This document shows positions 40,180 through 47,184 of a stretch of DNA of 64,000 nt, piece by piece; within the stretch, counting starts at the first letter, position 1, and each line of letters starts with the position of its first letter. Below the pieces are notes generated by a model. It saw nothing but the letters and a program-made list of their open reading frames with translations. It was not told where the DNA came from and did not search any database. This DNA comes from Gemmatimonadota bacterium. GTDB lineage: Bacteria; Gemmatimonadota; Gemmatimonadetes; Longimicrobiales; Gaopeijiaceae. The translations under genes were made by a program, and so were the position numbers. The stretch covers positions 4,603-68,602 of the forward strand of contig QJYK01000207.1 in assembly GCA_003248075.1 (NCBI GenBank), written 5' to 3'.

Positions 40180-41304
40180 ATGCCACGCCAGCCCGCGGCT
40201 CCAGCGCCTCCCGGCGGGTCCGCCGGTTGGATGGACAGGCTCGCGCGGTATTCCCTGGTCCAGCGCTTCCTGGGCCTGACGCTGTTCTGGAAGATCGTCA
40301 CCGCCAACACGGCCCTCATCGCGGGAACCGCAGCCGTCGTACGGGCCTCGACGTCGCCGATCGGCATGGAGGGCCTCACCCTGTTCGGAATCCTGGCCCT
40401 CGCGATCGCCGTCGCCGCCAACGCCCTCCTCGTCCGGGCCGCGTTATCCCCCCTCGGAGCGTTGGAGCGCGCGGCCCGCCGGGTGTCGAGCGGCTCCACG
40501 ACCGTGCGCGCCGAGCTCTCGCCGCTCGCCGATCGTGAGCTGAGTCGGATGACGGAGGTCTTCAACGGCATGCTCGATGCCCTCGAGGAGAACCGCGTGC
40601 GGCAGAGGGAGCTGGCGCGGCGCGTGCTCGAGTCAGAGGAGCGGGAGCGCGAGCGGATCGCGCACGAGCTCTTCTCGGGGACGGCGCAGACGCTTGCGGC
40701 AGTCCTGCTGCGCCTTCGCATCGCTGAGCGCTCGCTCTCGAACGGCCACTCCGAGGCGCTCTCGGAGATCCGGGACGGGATCGTGGATGCCCTCGAGGAG
40801 GTGCGCGGCGTGGCGCGCCGCCTGCGCCCGCCGGAGCTCGACGAGCTCGGGGTCAGGGTGGCTCTGGAGGCCCACGCCCGCGCCATGTCGGAGGGCCGCG
40901 CGGTCGAGCTGCGCATCACGGGGGACATCCCCGAGCTGTCCCGCGAGTCGGCGCTCGCCCTTTTTCGCATCGTGCAGGAAGCCATCAACAACGCGGTCCT
41001 CCATGCCGAAGCCGACCTGGTCAGGGTGTCGTTCGTCCGGGAGGGCGACAGCGTCGTGGCCGAAGTGGTCGACGACGGCCGCGGCTTCGAGCCGGATCTG
41101 GCTCTGGAGCACGCAGGGGAGAGCCTGGGACTCTTCGGAATGCACGAGCGAGCCGGTTACGTGCGCGGTGAGCTCTCCCTCGAGTCCGGGCCGGGGCGCG
41201 GCACACGCGTTCGGGCGCGTATCCCGCTCGACGGTCCGACCGGCGTCCCGCACTACGACGAGATCGCGGATCGGCTCGTCCACGGGTTGATGGACGCGGG
41301 CTAG
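40180..41304 (+). CDS. Membrane HAMP/HisKA_3-type kinase with degenerate H-box
   Basis: Two TM helices, HAMP, RIAHELFSG in place of RIARELHD; N, G1 and G2 boxes intact. Confidence 0.88.
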   Translation: MPRQPAAPAPPGGSAGWMDRLARYSLVQRFLGLTLFWKIVTANTALIAGTAAVVRASTSPIGMEGLTLFGILALAIAVAANALLVRAALSPLGALERAARRVSSGSTTVRAELSPLADRELSRMTEVFNGMLDALEENRVRQRELARRVLESEERERERIAHELFSGTAQTLAAVLLRLRIAERSLSNGHSEALSEIRDGIVDALEEVRGVARRLRPPELDELGVRVALEAHARAMSEGRAVELRITGDIPELSRESALALFRIVQEAINNAVLHAEADLVRVSFVREGDSVVAEVVDDGRGFEPDLALEHAGESLGLFGMHERAGYVRGELSLESGPGRGTRVRARIPLDGPTGVPHYDEIADRLVHGLMDAG

Positions 41305-41400
41305 AAGCGTGCGCGCCTTCCCGATCACCCTTCTTGCCCAAATGCTGCATCCGTCATCGTTCGCGCGGCGCTGAGCCCGAGGCGCCGAGGAGGCACTGGC

Positions 41401-42294
41401 GTGTACCGAACCATCATGGTCCCGCTCGACGGCTCGACCTTCGCCGAGTCGGCCTTGCCGCTGGCGATCTCCGTAGCGCGCCGAACCGGGGCGGGCCTTC
41501 AACTCGTGGCCGTGCATGAGCCGATCCCGTCGTTCGCCTACGACGAATGGGAGAGCGCATCCCGGGAATGGACGACCGATTATCTACGCCGCACGACGGA
41601 GCGCATCGGGGAAGCCGGTCCGGTCGCCGGCTCGGAGCTCCGCACGGGTCCCGTGGTGGAAGCACTCGAGGCGCAGGCCGACGCCTGCGACGCGAGTCTC
41701 GTCGTGATGGCGACGCACGGAAGGGGCCTCCTGTCCCGTGCGTGGCTCGGAAGCGTCGCCGACGCATTCGTGCGGCACACCGATCGACCGGTCCTGCTGG
41801 TTCGTCCCGAGGACGATGCACGGGCGGACATCTCCGAGGACCGGACGTTCCGGAACATCCTGATCCCGCTGGACGGCTCCGCGCTCTCCGAGGATGCCAA
41901 GGACCACGCGGTGGAGCTGGGGTCCCGCTTCGACGCCGGTTATCACCTGGTTCGCGTGGTCCCCTTCCCGGCCGATGTGGCCTCCTCGTACCTCCCCTAC
42001 ACCGTCCAGGTCAACCAGGGAATCGTGGAAGAGGCCAAGCTCGCCGCGGCCGACTACCTGGAGGATCAGGCCGAGTCGTTGCGAACCGCAGGACACCGCG
42101 TCACCACGAGCATCCAGGTAGACGCCCAGCCCGGCCACGGGATTCTCCGTGCCGCGGAGGCCGAAGCCTGCGACCTCATCGCCATGGCGACGCACGGTCG
42201 CTCGGGGTTGACCCGTGCCCTCCTCGGAAGCGCCTCCGACAAGGTCCTTCGTGGCACGCACCTCCCACTCCTCCTGCATCGACCCTCGAACTGA
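41401..42294 (+). CDS. Universal stress protein, tandem Usp domains
   Basis: Two copies of I.VPLDGS..MATHGR..LGS. Confidence 0.95.
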   Translation: MYRTIMVPLDGSTFAESALPLAISVARRTGAGLQLVAVHEPIPSFAYDEWESASREWTTDYLRRTTERIGEAGPVAGSELRTGPVVEALEAQADACDASLVVMATHGRGLLSRAWLGSVADAFVRHTDRPVLLVRPEDDARADISEDRTFRNILIPLDGSALSEDAKDHAVELGSRFDAGYHLVRVVPFPADVASSYLPYTVQVNQGIVEEAKLAAADYLEDQAESLRTAGHRVTTSIQVDAQPGHGILRAAEAEACDLIAMATHGRSGLTRALLGSASDKVLRGTHLPLLLHRPSN

Positions 42295-42406
42295 GACGGA
42301 GCGGTAGGCCAGGTTTGTCCCGGACCCCCCGGGCGGCTATTCATCCGGTCGCCCGAGGTCACGCCCGCTCGTGACCGGCCATCCCACAGCCTTCCGGAGC
42401 ACCGAC

Positions 42407-43690
42407 GTGCGCGCTCACGAACCTGCCAGGCCTGCCGCTCGGACCGTCCCCTGGCTGGCCCTCGCCTTCCTGGCCGCGCCGCTGTCCGGTCAGGACCGAC
42501 CCCAGACGCAGTCCGACGACTACACGCTTTACGAGCTCCAGGCGCCGGGGAGCAGCGCTTTCCGGATCTTCTACGACGTGTCCGCAACCACCGCCGGAGC
42601 CCTCTTCTACTACAACACCATCCGGGCGGGCGCCGAGGAGGAGGTCCACGGGGTCACGGACCTGCACACGGGCGACGCACTGGCATGGGAGATCGTCGAT
42701 GGCGCCCACGCACGCGCTCACGGGCACCCGCGGGCGAGCCTGGAAAGTCGCTACATCAAGGTCACGCTCGCCCGCCCCGTGCCGGAAGGCGGCCAGGCCC
42801 GGGTCCGCATCGACAAGACGTACATCGACGGGAACAGCTATCACGTGGACGGCCGCGACCTGGTGTTCGAGCGATCCCTCGGAATCCGGCGCAACGCCGT
42901 CGTCCTACCGCCTGGCTACGAGCTGGTGGAGGCGAACTACCCCGTGCAGGTCGACACCGAGACGGACGGACGCGTGCGTCTGAGCTTCATGAGCCCGGGC
43001 CCCGGGGCGATCGACTTGCGCGTGCGCGGTCGATCTCTGCCCGCCGGACGTCGTCCCCGAGCACGACCCGAGGAAGCGTCCGAGGTTCCCACCGGTGGTG
43101 GGGGATCGCCGCAGCGGGCCCGCGTGGGCTGGACGTTCCCGGAGCGCGCCTACCAGGACCGGGACATCACCTACTTCCTCGCGCAGCCCGAGACGCATGC
43201 GTTCCGCCTCTTCCACGACTACACCGAATCCCGTCCGGGAGTGGACCGCTACGTCAACGTCGTGCGGGCCGGAAGCTCGGCGTCCGATCCGGAGGCCTGG
43301 AACCTGGACACGGGGGCGCGGCTCGAGGTGGAGCAGCTGAGGGGCGAAGAAATCGCGAGACGTGGTATCGACATCGGGGGCACGCCCACCGCGGAATCGG
43401 AGGTGGTGGTGATCTGGTTCGACCCGGTCCCCGCGGGCGCATCGACGCGGCTCCGGATCTGGGAGACGTACACCGACCCCGGCCGCTACGTGCTCGCGGG
43501 AGACGAGCTGGTCTGGGACCGGGGGTTCGGCAGAGCCCGGAACACGGTCGTGCTCCCGGAGGGCTGGTTCCTGGTGGCGAACGCCATCCCGGGTGTGGTG
43601 GACACGACCGAGGACGGTCGCATCCGGATTCGCTACGTGAACCCCCGCCCCGACGAAATCCAGGTGTTCATCCGGGCACAGCGGCGCTAG
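42407..43690 (+). CDS. Secreted hypothetical protein made of two homologous domains
   Basis: Signal peptide; duplicated motifs (AFRIFYD/AFRLFHD, RNAVVLPPG/RNTVVLPEG, DGRVRL/DGRIRI). An alternative start lies at 42371. Confidence 0.82.
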   Translation: MRAHEPARPAARTVPWLALAFLAAPLSGQDRPQTQSDDYTLYELQAPGSSAFRIFYDVSATTAGALFYYNTIRAGAEEEVHGVTDLHTGDALAWEIVDGAHARAHGHPRASLESRYIKVTLARPVPEGGQARVRIDKTYIDGNSYHVDGRDLVFERSLGIRRNAVVLPPGYELVEANYPVQVDTETDGRVRLSFMSPGPGAIDLRVRGRSLPAGRRPRARPEEASEVPTGGGGSPQRARVGWTFPERAYQDRDITYFLAQPETHAFRLFHDYTESRPGVDRYVNVVRAGSSASDPEAWNLDTGARLEVEQLRGEEIARRGIDIGGTPTAESEVVVIWFDPVPAGASTRLRIWETYTDPGRYVLAGDELVWDRGFGRARNTVVLPEGWFLVANAIPGVVDTTEDGRIRIRYVNPRPDEIQVFIRAQRR

Positions 43691-43753
43691 GATCCTGTCC
43701 GAGTATGGGGTGGCACGGCCCCTCCTCCGGCGTTGGCGCTCCTCCGAGCCGCC

Positions 43754-44266
43754 TCAGCGCACCTCCAGCGACCGGCCTGCCGTGTCGAGCGTGACGAGCA
43801 CGACCCGCCCGGAGATGGCCGTCACGGTCCCGCGCCACTCGAGCGAGGGGGCTCCCGGCGGGAGCTGGGCACCTCCGCCCGAAAGCGGGAGGTAGGCGAC
43901 GTCCAGGGCCCGTGGACCGGGGTCGAGCCCCAGCTCCCGGAAGACATACATGGGCCGGTCGGCCCGCGCACCCGACGCGACCACGGTGTCGCGGATGAGC
44001 TCCCGCCCGTCCACCGCGACGGTCAGGCTGTACGGAAGCGTCCCGCCCGAGCACACGGTGGGGGTGCGCATGTGGGTCGGAAGCCTCGCCAGCTCCTCCT
44101 CCGTCCGGGGTCGGCAGGACGCCACCGAAACGGGGTCGAGCCGCCACGACAGGCGCAGCGAAGACTCGTCGGGTCCGCGCAGCGACAGGGGCACTCGGGA
44201 CAGGAACGCGGTCCCGGCCACCAGGCCGAGAGCCACCGCGACACCGACGGGCGTGCGAGCCGTCAT
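43754..44266 (-). CDS. Membrane-anchored hypothetical protein coupled to the cytochrome b fusion gene
   Basis: ATGA overlap with the upstream stop; TM helix then LRLSWR..CRPRTEEELARLPTHMRTPTVC. Confidence 0.8.
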   Translation of the reverse strand: MTARTPVGVAVALGLVAGTAFLSRVPLSLRGPDESSLRLSWRLDPVSVASCRPRTEEELARLPTHMRTPTVCSGGTLPYSLTVAVDGRELIRDTVVASGARADRPMYVFRELGLDPGPRALDVAYLPLSGGGAQLPPGAPSLEWRGTVTAISGRVVLVTLDTAGRSLEVR

Positions 44267-45837
44267 CCGACCTCCGCGGCGGATGCCTCCGGCACCTCGC
44301 ACTCGGCCTCCACGTCGATGCGCTCCTCGGCGGTGGCCCTGGCGAGTCTCTTCACCTCCGCTCGGAACCCGTTCAGGGCCGCGGCCACGCGCAGAGGCTC
44401 AGCTTCGGCGGCGTACACAATGCGTACTCGCGCCCGATCCACGCGCTCCTTGAGCTCGGCCTCCCTCCCCTGGTGGACGCGGGCCTCCAGGTAGCCCACG
44501 CCCTCGCGGTTCCAGCAGTCCCGCGGCGGACATGCGACCAGAAGGACCCCGCCGGCGCCCGCGCGCACCAGGTACTCGATGACCGAGGTGTGGACGCTGC
44601 CCGAGCACGATACGGGCAGGACCGGCGCGTCGAGGAAGCGTTCCTCACGCGCTGCGCCGCCCGACCCGCGATCGCAAGCTACCAGCACGATGTCGTCCGC
44701 CCCAGGGCGGACGTGGTCGAGGAACGCGCGCACGCGCTCCAGCTGATCCCGCCCCGTGCGTCCCGGGGGTCCGACGCCCATGGGTGCACACGAACCCGCG
44801 CAGATGCCGCAGCTCACGCACAGCCCCGGGTCCACACGGGCCACCCAACCGTCGCGACCGTCGGAGCGCCGTACCATGGCGATCGCCTCGTACGGACAAT
44901 CGTGGTAGCACTGCTCACACCCCGTGCAGAAGCGCTCGTTGACGACCGATGCAGGCGGCCGGCGCCGGCGCGTCGGACGCGTCAGGAGCGGGACAGCGGC
45001 AAGGATTCCGACCACGAGCAACCCCAGGAGCCACACCCACCCGGCACCGAGCGGCCGGGTGAACGGCAGCCAGAACCCGTACAGGACGTCGAAGGGCACC
45101 CGTCCCGGGAGCGCGAGCAGGTCGGCCTCCGGCGCCACCCCGATGGGCCACGCCACGGAAGCCACCAGGAGCAGGGCCACTGCGCCCCGCAGCAGGGCGC
45201 GGGGGGGGAGCAGCGACGCCCTCGCGAGGCGGGAGACATGGATCCACAGCAAAAGCGCGACGCCCACGGGAAGCGCGATGTGGGCGAAGAGATTCAGGAA
45301 GAAGAACGCCGGGGGCATCGGCCGCTCTCCCACGAACGCGCGGGAGATCGGCTCGGAGAAGATCGGAAGCGCATCGAGCCATCGCGCGCCTTCGGCGGCG
45401 AGCAGGTGCGCCTGCTCATCCCAGACCATCACGTATCCGGTCCAGCCGCAGAGCAGGAAGACGCAAAAGAGCGCGACGCCCGAGACCCACGCGAGGGCTC
45501 GCGGACCCCAGGCGCGTCCCTGGGCGAACATCCTCACGGCGTGCACCAGCGCGGCCACGAGCGCCACCGCGGACGCATAGCGGTGTAGCGTTCGGATCCA
45601 GCGTCCGGCCCAAACCTGCGCGGTGATCCCGGCTACCGAGGTGTGGGGGCTACCGATCCGGTAGAAGACCAACAGGTACAGGCCGCTCACGAGGAGCACC
45701 ACGAAGCTGGTGACCACCAGGGCGCCCGAGTGGTAGAGCGGATTGAGCCGCCACCCATAGAGGGCGTTCATCCATCCGTCGAGGCGCGCCAGCGTGCGTC
45801 GGCTACCCCCGCGGAGCAGGGTGATGGTGCGGTGCAT
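44263..45837 (-). CDS. Fusion of cytochrome b, 2x[4Fe-4S] ferredoxin and MvhD/FlpD-like [2Fe-2S] domain
   Basis: Two H-x13-H heme pairs, WTGYVMVWD, CTGCEQCYHDCP, CVSCGICAGSC, and LVAC..PVSCSGSV..GAGGVLLVACPPRDC. Confidence 0.9.
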   Translation of the reverse strand: MHRTITLLRGGSRRTLARLDGWMNALYGWRLNPLYHSGALVVTSFVVLLVSGLYLLVFYRIGSPHTSVAGITAQVWAGRWIRTLHRYASAVALVAALVHAVRMFAQGRAWGPRALAWVSGVALFCVFLLCGWTGYVMVWDEQAHLLAAEGARWLDALPIFSEPISRAFVGERPMPPAFFFLNLFAHIALPVGVALLLWIHVSRLARASLLPPRALLRGAVALLLVASVAWPIGVAPEADLLALPGRVPFDVLYGFWLPFTRPLGAGWVWLLGLLVVGILAAVPLLTRPTRRRRPPASVVNERFCTGCEQCYHDCPYEAIAMVRRSDGRDGWVARVDPGLCVSCGICAGSCAPMGVGPPGRTGRDQLERVRAFLDHVRPGADDIVLVACDRGSGGAAREERFLDAPVLPVSCSGSVHTSVIEYLVRAGAGGVLLVACPPRDCWNREGVGYLEARVHQGREAELKERVDRARVRIVYAAEAEPLRVAAALNGFRAEVKRLARATAEERIDVEAECEVPEASAAEVG

Positions 45838-45895
45838 CGAACGGGGTTCGGGAGAATCTGTCGGGTCCGCTGATTCTTGCGCGGGCCTATTTATC

Positions 45896-45913
45896 ATATC
45901 ATCATGATGAAAT
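45896..45913. promoter_or_regulatory. AT-rich palindromic operator in the divergent promoter region
   Basis: Perfect 12-bp palindrome TCATCATGATGA (45899-45910), extending to 18 bp with one mismatch. It lies inside a minus-strand TTGATT-N17-TAAATA promoter-like element. Confidence 0.7.
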
Positions 45914-45965
45914 CAATCTATCCCCGGAGAGCCACGCGGCTCAAGCCATACAAGGGAGCACGGTC

Positions 45966-46409
45966 CTGATCCTCTCGCAGACCTCGATCTACGCGCTGAA
46001 GGCGGTCCACTATCTGGCGAAGGAAGAGCGCGCTCGACCGGTTCCCGTCGACGAGATGTCGGAGGCGCTCGGCATCCCCCGGAACTATCTGTCCAAGATC
46101 CTCCACGCGCTCGCCCGCGGGCGTCTGCTGGAGTCGACAAGAGGCCCGCGGGGCGGCTTCACGCTTGCCCGAGAGCCGGCTTCGATCGTGCTCCAGGAGG
46201 TGGTCGAGGTGTTCGACGATATCGGCAGCACCTCTCGATGCCTCCTTGGACGACCGCAGTGCAGCGATGGCAACCCCTGTCCGGTCCACGGGCGTTGGAA
46301 GGAGCTCTCGGGCTCCATGATGGCTTTTTTCCGCGACACCACCGTGCTCATGGACTCGGCCGTTCCCGAGCCGCCGAGCCCAGCAACCCGAGGAGGTCGT
46401 GATGGATGA
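45966..46409 (+). CDS. Rrf2-family Fe-S transcriptional regulator, probable CTG start
   Basis: AAGGGAG-N7-CTG then ILSQTSIYALKAVHYLA; YLSKIL..STRGPRGGFTLAR; CLLGRPQCSDGNPCPVH. Confidence 0.9.
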   Translation: MILSQTSIYALKAVHYLAKEERARPVPVDEMSEALGIPRNYLSKILHALARGRLLESTRGPRGGFTLAREPASIVLQEVVEVFDDIGSTSRCLLGRPQCSDGNPCPVHGRWKELSGSMMAFFRDTTVLMDSAVPEPPSPATRGGRDG

Positions 46410-46572
46410 TCCTCAGGCAGCCCCCCAGGGAGACACCCCGGTCCCCTTCCTCCAACGGATGTACGATCGCCCGTTCCTGCTCCTCGGGCTCGGGCTCACC
46501 GTCATGTTGGTCCTCTTCACCTTCTGGGGCCTATGGGAGATCGTCCGCCTTCCCACGGCCCCCCTGCCCTGA
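46402..46572 (+). CDS. Small single-TM protein (56 aa, absent from the ORF track), probable accessory subunit
   Basis: GGAGG RBS; MDDPQAAPQGDTPVPFLQRMYDRPFLLLGLGLTVMLVLFTFWGLWEIVRLPTAPLP; fills the gap between rrf2 and subunit II. Confidence 0.82.
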   Translation: MDDPQAAPQGDTPVPFLQRMYDRPFLLLGLGLTVMLVLFTFWGLWEIVRLPTAPLP

Positions 46573-46587
46573 CCCGGAGGGGCGACG

Positions 46588-47184
46588 ATGTACACGACCG
46601 GCATCACACCGCAGAAGGGTGTCTGGTGGAAGCCCGCTCACAAGAGCGAGAAGGTCTGGTTCACGATCGCGTTCGCATGGTGCATGGTGCTCTTCGCCAT
46701 GATGCCCTTCTGGCACCTGCGGGGAGGCCAGAACCCCTCGGGAACCCGCTCACGGGTCGACCCGGCGGCCTACCGCACCCGCGTTCAGGAGTTCGTCCAG
46801 CAGTATCAGGTCGCGACCGACAACGGCATCCCCGTGGTCGCGCCCCCGGCGGGAAGCGACATCTATCTGCAGGGGCAGATGTGGATGTGGCTGCCCGTGC
46901 TCCAGCTGGAGGAGGGGTCGGAGTACACGCTCCACCTGTCCTCGGTGGACGTGAACCACGGCTTCAACCTCTACCCCTTCAACATCAACTTCCAGGTCGT
47001 GCCGGGTTACGACTACGCCCTGCGCGTCACCCCCACCGAGGCCGGTGACTTCCGAGTCGTCTGCAACGAGTTCTGCGGAGTCCTCCACCACACCATGGTA
47101 GGCAGGATCATCGTCCGCGAGCGGGGCAGCTCGGCGGTTGCCGCGCTCCTCGGCTCGGACGTCGACAAGGGAGGCGACCGATGA
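46588..47184 (+). CDS. Heme-copper oxidoreductase subunit II (CuA, one TM helix)
   Basis: DVNHG and CNEFCGVLHHTM CuA motif. Confidence 0.94.
   Translation: MYTTGITPQKGVWWKPAHKSEKVWFTIAFAWCMVLFAMMPFWHLRGGQNPSGTRSRVDPAAYRTRVQEFVQQYQVATDNGIPVVAPPAGSDIYLQGQMWMWLPVLQLEEGSEYTLHLSSVDVNHGFNLYPFNINFQVVPGYDYALRVTPTEAGDFRVVCNEFCGVLHHTMVGRIIVRERGSSAVAALLGSDVDKGGDR

Noticed and set aside
44263..45837. Evidence for a hydrogenase, Hdr or bc1 complex
   Set aside because: No NiFe subunit, HdrA/B, Rieske or cytochrome c1 gene in the window, and no PEWY motif.
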